Shown in pieces: positions 31,253-39,369 of a stretch of 39,369 nt of DNA. Below the pieces are notes generated by a model. The model saw nothing but the letters and a program-made list of their open reading frames with translations. It was not told the origin of the DNA and searched no databases. This DNA comes from Candidatus Woesearchaeota archaeon (GTDB lineage: Archaea; Nanobdellota; Nanobdellia; Pacearchaeales; GW2011-AR1): assembly GCA_964634225.1 (NCBI GenBank), contig CAZWIB010000002.1, positions 1-39,369 on the forward strand, written 5' to 3'. Both the position numbers and the translations under genes were made by a program. Every line of letters starts with the position of its first letter. The stretch's first letter is position 1.

Positions 31253-32986
31253 ATGATTAGACAACCAATTGTAACAGTATGTGGACATGTAGATCATGGA
31301 AAAACATCTATCCTTGATTCACTTAGAAGCACCGCTGTTCAAGAAGGAGAAAAAGGAGGAATCACTCAAAAAATATCATTTACTTCTTATCCAATAGATC
31401 AACTAAAAAAAGCCTGCCCTTTAATTGAAACATCAGGAATTAAATTGAATATTCCAGGATTCTTATTAATTGACACTCCAGGACACGCGGCATTTACAAA
31501 TCTCAGAAAAAGAGGGGGATCTCTAGCAGATTTAGCAGTTTTAGTAATTGATATAAACGAAGGAATAAAACCCCAAACAGCAGAAGTAATCAAAATTCTA
31601 AAACACAACAAAACACCTTTCTTAATAGCATTAAATAAAATAGACAATATTTCTGGTTGGAGAAAAAATGAAGCAGGATTAAAAGAAAGCATAGAATCTC
31701 AAGCAGAAAACGTAAAAAATACATTTAATGAAAGATACATGACTTTAATTGGATCTTTAAATGCTCACGGCTTTGACTCAGATTTATTTTATAACATAGA
31801 CGATTTTACAAAAAAAATAGCTTTAGTCCCAACATCAGCAGAAACAAAAGAAGGAATTCCGGAACTAATTATGATGTTATGTGGGATAAGTCAAAAATAT
31901 CTAAAAAATAAATTAGAATTGGGAAAAGATGCAAAAGGAGTAATGCTTGAAATTAAAAAGGAAAAAACAATATCTTATATTGAAGCTATTTTATATGATG
32001 GGAAATTAAAAAAAACAGATAAAATTGCTTTAGCCGATTTAGAAGGGGAACCAATCATTACAAAAATAAGAGTTTTAGAGGAAATTCAACCTTTGTCTGC
32101 AAAATTCAAACCAAAAGATGAAGTTCAAGCCTCAACAGGATTAAGATTACAATTAATTGAGAAAAAAGAAATCCTTCCAGGAATGCCTTTTGAAATATTC
32201 AAAGATAATGAAAAAGAATTAAAAGAAAAATTCAAAAAAGAAATTTCAGAAAGCATAAAAACAGACAAACAAGGAATAATTGCAAAAGCTGATTCTTTAG
32301 GAAGTTTAGAAGCACTATTAGTTTTATTAAAAGAAAATAATATTCCAGTTGTAAAAGCAGGAATTGGAAATATAAACAAAACAGATATAATCTCTGCAAA
32401 AGCAAATTTAGAAATAAATGAATTAAATGCAATTATAATTGGTTTTAATGTTTCTCTTGACGAAGATGCAAAAGAAATTATGGATAAAAAAATAAAAATT
32501 CTAACAGAAGAAGTTGTTTACAAATTAATTGAAGATTTAACAGAATATAGAAAAGAAAAAGCAAAAGAAATAGAAAAAAACAGGTTAATGGAATTAACAA
32601 CTATCTGTAAACTAAAAATTCTTCATCAATTTGTTTTTAGAAACACTTCTCCAGCAATTTTTGGAATTAAAGTTGAAGCAGGAAAAGTAATGAAAGATTT
32701 AAATTTAATAGATGAAAATGGAGATAAAATTGGAAGGATTAAAAATATTCAACATGAAAATAAATCAATTAATGAAGCAACAGAAGGAATGGAAATTGCA
32801 ATGTCAATTCCAGGAATAAATTTTGAAAGAGTTATGAAAGATAAAAATTATTTATACACAAATATTTCAGAATCTCAATTTAGAAAATTCAAGAAGAACA
32901 AAGATTTACTTTCAAATAGTGAGATGAAAATTCTTCAAGAAATTGCTGAAATCAAAAGAAAAGAAAAAGCTGATTGGGGATTGTGA
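31253..32986 (+). CDS. infB: Translation initiation factor aIF5B (IF-2 homolog)
   Basis: VCGHVDHGKTSILD (G1), IDTPGH (G3), LNKID (G4); 577 aa with the typical aIF5B domain length. TATA-like gctttaaaaataa lies about 25 nt upstream. Confidence 0.9.
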   Translation: MIRQPIVTVCGHVDHGKTSILDSLRSTAVQEGEKGGITQKISFTSYPIDQLKKACPLIETSGIKLNIPGFLLIDTPGHAAFTNLRKRGGSLADLAVLVIDINEGIKPQTAEVIKILKHNKTPFLIALNKIDNISGWRKNEAGLKESIESQAENVKNTFNERYMTLIGSLNAHGFDSDLFYNIDDFTKKIALVPTSAETKEGIPELIMMLCGISQKYLKNKLELGKDAKGVMLEIKKEKTISYIEAILYDGKLKKTDKIALADLEGEPIITKIRVLEEIQPLSAKFKPKDEVQASTGLRLQLIEKKEILPGMPFEIFKDNEKELKEKFKKEISESIKTDKQGIIAKADSLGSLEALLVLLKENNIPVVKAGIGNINKTDIISAKANLEINELNAIIIGFNVSLDEDAKEIMDKKIKILTEEVVYKLIEDLTEYRKEKAKEIEKNRLMELTTICKLKILHQFVFRNTSPAIFGIKVEAGKVMKDLNLIDENGDKIGRIKNIQHENKSINEATEGMEIAMSIPGINFERVMKDKNYLYTNISESQFRKFKKNKDLLSNSEMKILQEIAEIKRKEKADWGL

Positions 32987-33038
32987 TTATTCGACAACAA
33001 AACTTTCCAAATCCCTTATTTTTTTAGCAGAATCTAAA

Positions 33039-34049
33039 TTACCTCTCTTCAGTTTGCATTTCTAACCAATCTGGAATTTCACCATCCCATTCTTTAAATT
33101 CTTTAGCTCTTTTTATTTTTCCCCCTAAATCTATTCTTGGACCTCCCCGATGATCTATGGAATATTTTTCACAAGCAACTTTATAATCACAAAAACCACA
33201 ATGAAAACCATAAAAAGGAACAAAAATATCTTTATCAATTCCTTCAGAAACTTCGTCTAACAATCTTTTCAAATAATCATAATCTTTTTCACTTCTATGT
33301 GTTTCAAATATTTTATTAGATCTTAAATGATAATATAAAATAGCTTTTTCTTTTTTATTAAAAAGTTTTCTAAAAACATAGCTATAAAGAGTAAATTGGG
33401 GATGTTTATGCAAAACAAAAGAATCTTTTTCAGGACTTTTTTTATCTGTTTTATAATCAGAAATCCACCATTTTCCATCTTTCTCATCAATTCTATCCAT
33501 ATATCCTATAACTAAATGACCATTAATTTTAAAAGGTTCAACTTTCTTAACACCAAAAGCATATTCCTTTTCTTCAGGAGGTTTTCTATTTTTTATTGAA
33601 CTATCTTTTTCAGAAATATGTCTTCTATAAAAATTCTTTAAAATATTTTGTCCTAACCTCATATATCCAAAAAAAAGCCCAATAGGATCTTCATCTCCAA
33701 GATCAACATGGTTTCCAACTCGAAGTATTTTTTCAATTCTTTTTCCTGTTTTTTTATCTTTTCCATAATATTTATGATTTTTAATTTTTAATTCTCTTTT
33801 TTGTTTTCCTTTTAAATTATCTCCAGAAATAAGCATTCCCCAATAATGATTCCAAAAACCTGCAAAACTATCTGGAGTTTTATAATTAATCTTATAGAAT
33901 TTTTCTAACATATAATGAACTCCCCCACCAAATACAAATCTTCCATTAGTTGGGACTTTTTCATGTGCAACATAATTAAGATAATATGCTAAACTACATC
34001 CTTTATAAATTGCAATTTTACTTGCACTTAACTTTCCAACTTCTGCCAT
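33039..34049 (-). CDS. PD-(D/E)XK nuclease, Cas4/AddB-type with an Fe-S cysteine set (336 aa)
   Basis: N-terminal Cys in IYKGCSLAYYL, GYMDRID...WWISDYKTDK (D...D/ExK), QFTLYSY (QxxxY), and C-terminal HCGFCDYKVAC (CxxCx5C). Confidence 0.75.
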   Translation of the reverse strand: MAEVGKLSASKIAIYKGCSLAYYLNYVAHEKVPTNGRFVFGGGVHYMLEKFYKINYKTPDSFAGFWNHYWGMLISGDNLKGKQKRELKIKNHKYYGKDKKTGKRIEKILRVGNHVDLGDEDPIGLFFGYMRLGQNILKNFYRRHISEKDSSIKNRKPPEEKEYAFGVKKVEPFKINGHLVIGYMDRIDEKDGKWWISDYKTDKKSPEKDSFVLHKHPQFTLYSYVFRKLFNKKEKAILYYHLRSNKIFETHRSEKDYDYLKRLLDEVSEGIDKDIFVPFYGFHCGFCDYKVACEKYSIDHRGGPRIDLGGKIKRAKEFKEWDGEIPDWLEMQTEER

Positions 34050-34130
34050 AAAAAACCAAGCAAATTAGAATTTATAATGATTATTCTTCTAATTAACAAC
34101 TTTTAAAAACCTAACATAATATTAATTCTC

Positions 34131-34646
34131 ATGGTTTTCAAAATAAACATTGGAACAAAAGAAGGAAAGACATACAAATTAGAAACAGAAAGTCAAGCCT
34201 TAGTTGGAAAAGAACTTCATCAAAAAATACAAGGTAAAGATGTTTCTCCAGATTTAGAAGGATATGAATTTGAAATCTCTGGTGCAAGCGACAAGTCAGG
34301 ATTCACTGCATTAAAAGAAGTTGAAGGATCTGGAAGAACAAGAGTTTTATTGAGTTATGAAAAAGGGATGAAAAATCGTCCAAAATATGAAGGAAAAAGA
34401 AAAAGATCGGATACAACCCCAAAAGGATTAAAATTAAGAAAAACGGTTAGAGGAAAAGTTATTTCTCCCGAAATTACTCAGATTAATTTAAAGATTATAA
34501 AAGAAGGTAAAAAATCTTTAAAAGATATTTTTGAGAAACCAGTAGAAGGAGAGGCTCCAAAAGCTGAAGAAAAACCTGCTGAAACACCTAAAGAAGCTCC
34601 AAAGAAAGAAGAAAAGCCAAAAGAAGAAGCTCCCAAATCTGAATAA
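34131..34646 (+). CDS. rps6e: 30S ribosomal protein S6e with a K/E/A/P-rich C-terminal extension
   Basis: FKINIGTKEGKTYKLE...LEGYEFEISGASDKSGF...RKRSD...LRKTVRGKVISPEITQINLKII matches S6e. About 40 extra residues follow (EGEAPKAEEKPAETPKEAPKKEEKPKEEAPKSE). Confidence 0.85.
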   Translation: MVFKINIGTKEGKTYKLETESQALVGKELHQKIQGKDVSPDLEGYEFEISGASDKSGFTALKEVEGSGRTRVLLSYEKGMKNRPKYEGKRKRSDTTPKGLKLRKTVRGKVISPEITQINLKIIKEGKKSLKDIFEKPVEGEAPKAEEKPAETPKEAPKKEEKPKEEAPKSE

Positions 34647-34709
34647 TGTTGTTATTTTTAAGTGATTACAAAGAGAAAGATTTATAAAGTACTTATTTCT
34701 AATATTTTT

Positions 34710-34907
34710 ATGAGAGATTTATTTGCAAATTCAGAACATCACATCAGAGTAGAACATAAGACTTATAATAGTGATACAAACAAAACAATAACCACAGTAA
34801 TGTATTTTTATGGTAAAAGTGAAGAGGAAGTTATAAAAGAACGTGAATTTGTGAAAAATATTTATAGTGAAATTAAAAAAGGATACAATAATATGTATCA
34901 AAACTAA
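34710..34907 (+). CDS. Small hypothetical protein A (65 aa), paralog of the next gene
   Basis: ATG 34710 is preferred because the track's GTG 34662 reads through the TATA-like agatttataaag. Shares KSE[ED]E[VI].KE..FVKN[IL]Y..I.K with the downstream ORF. Confidence 0.45.
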   Translation: MRDLFANSEHHIRVEHKTYNSDTNKTITTVMYFYGKSEEEVIKEREFVKNIYSEIKKGYNNMYQN

Positions 34908-34908
34908 A

Positions 34909-35190
34909 ATGGAAAATATGGCAGAAAAACCGAAATTAACTCATGTAAGTTATTATCTTTTTAATGATAAAACAAAAAGACCTGTAGGAGGTATGTTAGT
35001 GTCTTATATAAACAAAAGCGAAGATGAAATTGCAAAAGAAGGCACATTTGTAAAAAATCTTTATAATTGGATAGAAAAACAAGATAAATCAAAAGCCGAA
35101 GACCAAATACAAGAAGTTATAAACATCACACAAAATTTACCAACAAATACAAAATATAAAGACGATATATATAGAGGGTTTAAAAACTAA
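34909..35190 (+). CDS. Small hypothetical protein B (93 aa), paralog of the previous gene
   Basis: ATG 34909 lies 1 nt after the stop of protein A and is in frame with the track ORF 34867..35190. LTHVSYYLFNDKTKRPVGGMLVSYINKSEDEIAKEGTFVKNLYNWIEK aligns to protein A. Confidence 0.45.
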   Translation: MENMAEKPKLTHVSYYLFNDKTKRPVGGMLVSYINKSEDEIAKEGTFVKNLYNWIEKQDKSKAEDQIQEVINITQNLPTNTKYKDDIYRGFKN

Positions 35191-35266
35191 AAGAGAAGAT
35201 AAAACAAATTTTAATCAAAATTTCAAACTAATCCTAAACTCTTAAAGGCCTCACCAAGTTCAACCT

Positions 35267-35290
35267 AAAACTTCCAACCGAAGAAGTTTT
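35267..35290 (+). promoter_or_regulatory. Perfect 8-bp inverted repeat (AAAACTTC-caaccgaa-GAAGTTTT) 25 nt upstream of the aIF2-gamma ATG
   Basis: Read directly from the sequence. Role unknown; it could be a 5' leader hairpin or a protein-binding palindrome. Confidence 0.2.
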
Positions 35291-35314
35291 AAACCAATTC
35301 TTCAATTAAATCAT

Positions 35315-36499
35315 ATGACAAAAGAATTACCAGAAATAAATATAGGTGTTGTAGGTCATATTGATCATGGGAAAACAACTTTACTTAGTCGTTTAACTGG
35401 AAAATTTACAGATACGCATTCTGAAGAACTAAAAAGAGGAATCACAATCAAATTAGGTTATGCTGATATTATTATCTACAAAGATAAAAATGAATACAAT
35501 ATTGAAAAAGGAACTCCAGAAAGATATGTGAGTTTTATTGACGCTCCAGGACACGAAATGCTTATGGCAACAATGCTTTCAGGTGCGGCAATTATAGATG
35601 CTGCAATTCTTGTAATAGCTGCAAATGAAGGAATAAAACCTCAAACAAGAGAACATTTAATGGCCTTACAAGCAAAAAAAATAAAGAACATACTTATCGT
35701 TCAAAATAAAATAGATTTAGTTTCAAAAGAAAAAGCATTAGAGAATTATAAAGAAATTAAAGAATTTGTAAAAGGAACAATAGCTGAAAATTCTCCAATT
35801 ATCCCAATCTCAGCACAACAAGGAATAAACATAGACAAATTACTTGAAGCAATAATTAATTTAGAAATTCCTAAAAAAGATACTAAATTAAATCCAATTT
35901 TTCTTATTGCAAGAAGTTTTGACATAAATAAACCAGGAACAACAATTAAAAAATTAAATGGAGGTGTTCTTGGAGGAATACTAAAACAAGGTAAATTAAA
36001 AGTTGGTGATGAAATAGAAATTAAACCAGGATTAAGTGTAAAGAAAAACAATCAGCAAAATTATGAAACAATAAAAACAAAAATAATCTCATTACAAAAA
36101 GGAAGTAAGAGTGTAAAAGAAATTCTTCCAGGAGCAAGCATATCTATTGAAACAAATTTAGATCCTTTTTTAACAAAAACAGATTCATTAATTGGTTGTG
36201 TAGTTTCAACAAAAGATTTTCTTCCAGAAATAACACATAAAATAAAAATAAAAACACAACTTTTCAAAGAAGTTTTGGGAATGGAAGTCCATAAAGAAGT
36301 TCAAGAAATCAAAACAAAAGAAACTCTTATGTTAAGCGTGAATACAACTACTACTGTTGGCGTTGTTGAAAAAATAAAAGATAATGAAATAGAGCTATCT
36401 CTGAATATTCCAATTGTTGCATTAAAAGGAGACAATGTAGGTATTGCAAGAAACATTGAAGGGCATTGGAGACTTATTGGTTTTGGCGAGATAATTTAA
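35315..36499 (+). CDS. eif2g: Translation initiation factor aIF2 gamma subunit
   Basis: GVVGHIDHGKTTL (G1), IDAPGHE (G3), VQNKIDL (G4), and C-terminal ...GHWRLIGFGEII typical of aIF2-gamma; 394 aa. Confidence 0.9.
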   Translation: MTKELPEINIGVVGHIDHGKTTLLSRLTGKFTDTHSEELKRGITIKLGYADIIIYKDKNEYNIEKGTPERYVSFIDAPGHEMLMATMLSGAAIIDAAILVIAANEGIKPQTREHLMALQAKKIKNILIVQNKIDLVSKEKALENYKEIKEFVKGTIAENSPIIPISAQQGINIDKLLEAIINLEIPKKDTKLNPIFLIARSFDINKPGTTIKKLNGGVLGGILKQGKLKVGDEIEIKPGLSVKKNNQQNYETIKTKIISLQKGSKSVKEILPGASISIETNLDPFLTKTDSLIGCVVSTKDFLPEITHKIKIKTQLFKEVLGMEVHKEVQEIKTKETLMLSVNTTTTVGVVEKIKDNEIELSLNIPIVALKGDNVGIARNIEGHWRLIGFGEII

Positions 36500-36644
36500 C
36501 AGCGACAAATTTAACAAATTAATAACGACTTTTGAATTATTGAGTTGAGGTATTAGAGTAATTGGATATGTTGTAGCAAAAAGAGCATAAACACACTCCA
36601 ATAAAATTTATAATCTCCTATTTCTTATAAAAAATAAGAGGAAA

Positions 36645-37445
36645 ATGGCAATATATTCACATTCCAGATTGTCTACTTTTGAACAATGTCCTTTTAAATT
36701 TAAACTAAGGTACATTGATAAGATAAAACCAGAAATAGAAAAGACAATTGAAGCGCATTTAGGAAGCGTAGTACACAAAACTCTAGAATGGATTTACAAT
36801 AATGTAGGGACACTTACTCTAAAAATAGATGAAATAATAAAATACTATACAGAAGAGTGGCAAAAAGAATTCTCAGAAGAAATAAGAATAGTTAAAGAAG
36901 AACTAACAGCAAGAGATTATTTCAATAAAGGAATACAATTTTTAGTTGATTATTATTCTAAACATTCACCATTTAAAGATGGAACAATTGAATGTGAAAA
37001 AGGAATAATTGTAGAATTAGATGAGCGAGGAGAATACAAAATTCAAGGATTTATTGATAGACTAGTTTATAATTTAGAAACAGGAGAATATGAAATTCAT
37101 GATTATAAAACAGGGGCTAGAGAACTAACACAAGAAAAACTCGATCAAGATAGACAACTTGCATTATATTCAATGGCTGTAAAGAAAATTTATGGTCAAG
37201 ACAAAGAAGTTTGTTTAATTTGGCATTTTTTAGCACATAATAAAATGGTAAAGTCAAAAAGAACAAACGAGCAATTAGATCAATTAAAAAGAGACACAAT
37301 AAAGTTAATTAAAAAAATAGAATCAACAAGAGAATTTCTCCCAAATAGATCAGTATTATGTAAATGGTGTGAATATAAAGGTAGATGTATAGATAATGAA
37401 CTTAAAGAAAAATTCCCAACTATTTCTAAGTATATTAAGGATTAA
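36645..37445 (+). CDS. PD-(D/E)XK nuclease, Cas4/AddB-type with an Fe-S cysteine set (266 aa)
   Basis: YSHSRLSTFEQCPFKFKLRYI, GFIDRLVY...YEIHDYKTG (D...D/ExK), DRQLALYSMAV (QxxxY), and CKWCEYKGRC (CxxCx5C). Confidence 0.8.
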   Translation: MAIYSHSRLSTFEQCPFKFKLRYIDKIKPEIEKTIEAHLGSVVHKTLEWIYNNVGTLTLKIDEIIKYYTEEWQKEFSEEIRIVKEELTARDYFNKGIQFLVDYYSKHSPFKDGTIECEKGIIVELDERGEYKIQGFIDRLVYNLETGEYEIHDYKTGARELTQEKLDQDRQLALYSMAVKKIYGQDKEVCLIWHFLAHNKMVKSKRTNEQLDQLKRDTIKLIKKIESTREFLPNRSVLCKWCEYKGRCIDNELKEKFPTISKYIKD

Positions 37446-39369
37446 TCTTCTACAACTCTTACCAAATCTGAAACACTATCTCCATGACCGAGCTTAACAA
37501 TTCTAACTCCTTGAGTTGCTCGACCCATTACTCTAATATTATCTAAAGAAGTTCTCATAACAATTCCCTTAGAAGTTGTAATGATAATACTATCCTTATC
37601 ACTAACAGAAGCTGTCTTAACAACATTCTTAGTTTTATCAGTTACTTTCAAATTAATGACACCCTTTCCAGCACGAGCAGTCTTCCGATAATCCTCAGCG
37701 GCAGTTCTCTTACCATAACCTCTCTCAGTAATAGTTAATATTGAACCTCTACCTAAAACTTCTAAACTAACAACCTCATCACCCTTCTCAAACTTAATAC
37801 CAGTCACACCATAACTTGCACGACCCATTTGCCTAACATCATCTGCATTAAATCTAATAGCTTTACCTTTCTTGGTTGCTAAAAGAACTTCTTGTCCAGG
37901 TTTAACAACTTCAACCCCAATTAAATCGTCAGAGCCATCCATAGGAAGATTAATAGCCTTAATTCCAGAAGCTCTAGGTTTAGAAAAATGTTTTAAAGAA
38001 ATTCTCTTAACTTGTCCTTTTCTAGTTGCCATAAATAAAGAATCCTCAAAACTCTTAACAGAAATAACATTTGTAACAGTTTCATTTTTCAATCCAAGTA
38101 AATTAGTAATAGCTCTACCTTTACTATATCTTTCAGCAGCAGGAATATCATAAGCCTTTAACCATAAAACTCTTCCTCTTGTAGTAAAGAACATTAAATA
38201 ATCATGAGTTGAACAAGTAATTAATTGTTTAACAAAATCATCTGAAGCCAAACTACTTCCAATCACACCTTTTCCACCTCTCTTCTGTTCTTTGTAAGTC
38301 TTAAGATCCATTCTCTTACAATAACCTTTATCAGTTATATTTACAATAACTTCTTTCTCTTGAACTAAATCTTTTTCAGAAATCTCTCCAATTTTCTTAA
38401 GAATAGTGGTCCTCCGATTATCGCCATATTTATCTTTTAATTCTTTAACTTCTTTAGTGATAATCTTCAAGATTTCTTTAATATCTCCAAGAATCTTTTC
38501 TAACTCAGCAATCTTCTTCTTCAATTCTTCAGCTTCTTTTTTTAATTTATCAACTTCCAAAGAAGTTAATTGTTGTAATTTAGTATCTAAAACAGCTTCA
38601 GCTTGTTTTTTAGTAAGTTTATATTTCTTAATCAAACCATCTGAGGCTTCAGTTTTATTATTTGACTTTTTAATCAAAGCAACAACACCATCAATATCTT
38701 TCAAAGCAATTAAAAGCCCTTCAACAATCTCTTGTCTTTCTTTAGCTTTCTTTAATTCATATTTAGAACGATTAGTAATAATTAATTTTCTATAATTAAC
38801 ATAAGCTTCTAAAACTTCCTTAATATTCATAACTTTTGGCTGCCCGCCACTCAAAGCTAAAAAATTAACATTAAACGAATCTTGTAATCTAGTATATTTA
38901 TACAAAGCATTCATTACAAACTTAGAACTCACACCTTTTTTCAATTCAATAACAACTCTTGTTTTACCTTTAGAAGATTCGTCTCTTAAATCAGAAATAT
39001 CTTTTAATTTCTTATCTTGAACAAGTTTAGCAATCTGAGTCATCAAAATAGCTTTATTTAACATATAAGGAATTTCGGTAATAACAACTTTCTCTTTATT
39101 TTTAACCGTCTCAGTTGTAATCTTGCCTCTCATTATCATTCTTCCTCTACCTGTTTTATACAACTCAAGCATATCACCTTGAACACTTCCACCAGTTGGA
39201 AAATCAGGAGCTTTTAGCAACTCATTAAGCTCTTCAAAAGTTATATTAGGTTTTTTAATAAAAGCAATAATTGCATCACAAACTTCTGTTAAATTATGTG
39301 GAGGAATATTTGTAGCCATACCAACAGCAATACCTGTTGCACCATTTAACAATAAAGTAGGAAGTTTGC
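37442..39369 (-). CDS. gyrA: DNA gyrase subunit A, partial (N-terminus beyond the right edge)
   Basis: The frame stays open upstream of the track's TTG start to the window edge (..KLPTLLLNGATGIAVGMATNIPPHNL). Coiled-coil tower region, then repeated C-terminal beta-pinwheel blades (GR..GV / GD.V motifs). Confidence 0.9.
   Translation of the reverse strand, partial: KLPTLLLNGATGIAVGMATNIPPHNLTEVCDAIIAFIKKPNITFEELNELLKAPDFPTGGSVQGDMLELYKTGRGRMIMRGKITTETVKNKEKVVITEIPYMLNKAILMTQIAKLVQDKKLKDISDLRDESSKGKTRVVIELKKGVSSKFVMNALYKYTRLQDSFNVNFLALSGGQPKVMNIKEVLEAYVNYRKLIITNRSKYELKKAKERQEIVEGLLIALKDIDGVVALIKKSNNKTEASDGLIKKYKLTKKQAEAVLDTKLQQLTSLEVDKLKKEAEELKKKIAELEKILGDIKEILKIITKEVKELKDKYGDNRRTTILKKIGEISEKDLVQEKEVIVNITDKGYCKRMDLKTYKEQKRGGKGVIGSSLASDDFVKQLITCSTHDYLMFFTTRGRVLWLKAYDIPAAERYSKGRAITNLLGLKNETVTNVISVKSFEDSLFMATRKGQVKRISLKHFSKPRASGIKAINLPMDGSDDLIGVEVVKPGQEVLLATKKGKAIRFNADDVRQMGRASYGVTGIKFEKGDEVVSLEVLGRGSILTITERGYGKRTAAEDYRKTARAGKGVINLKVTDKTKNVVKTASVSDKDSIIITTSKGIVMRTSLDNIRVMGRATQGVRIVKLGHGDSVSDLVRVVED

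Noticed and set aside
4703-38795. Antisense or shadow ORFs nested in confident genes: 4703..4966, 5675..5911, 7930..8151, 8757..9002, 9452..9793, 12364..12600, 13095..13295, 13455..13646, 16087..16356, 22982..23200, 24346..24666, 25502..25819, 27082..27297, 27474..27728, 27885..28127, 28718..28954, 31399..31692, 32125..32432, 33137..33319, 35746..36267, 37117..37299, 37872..38153, 38406..38795. Also 2159..2344, 3158..3373 and 19459..19665.
   Set aside because: Each lies wholly inside a longer ORF on the opposite strand that has recognisable motifs or a better coding character. Their products are F/L/I/S-rich strings typical of antisense frames in AT-rich DNA.

Overview
This is a visibly AT-rich, very gene-dense archaeal chromosome fragment. 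The archaeal assignment rests on aIF5B, aIF2-gamma, ribosomal proteins S6e and S10, an archaeal/eukaryal-type GluRS, HisRS, SerRS, Dph2/Dph6, a class-III-signal pilin, ScpA and GyrA. Reduced or truncated core genes and many tiny membrane or secreted proteins suggest a DPANN-type reduced genome; this is inference, since no search was possible. I support about 50 CDS, two of them partial at the window edges. One of these, complement <1..1813, is missing from the ORF track. There are two tRNAs, His-GUG and Asp-GUC. I saw no rRNA, CRISPR array, transposase, integrase or reverse transcriptase. All product calls come from motif recognition by eye only.

The candidates for something undescribed, most promising first:
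1. A translationally coupled pair at 21928-24715: an HExxGH metallopeptidase-like protein plus a Rossmann(Trm1-like)/GRPKK-HTH protein.
2. A same-strand array at 17018-19136: three overlapping micro-membrane ORFs, a Cys-containing anchor protein, a perfectly duplicated acidic EAPAEE-repeat protein, and a membrane-anchored metzincin.
3. A tRNA-Asp gene preceded by an exact copy of its own first 15 nt and an anticodon-arm-like hairpin.
4. Two adjacent cUUCGg-capped hairpins in a divergent promoter gap (31054-31109).
5. Domain-truncated core genes: GluRS without an anticodon-binding domain and a 98-aa Dph2 stub.
6. Two Cas4/AddB-type Fe-S nucleases with no CRISPR context, flanking translation genes and a tandem pair of small paralogs.

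I cannot say which of these, if any, is a real system without homology and structure searches.
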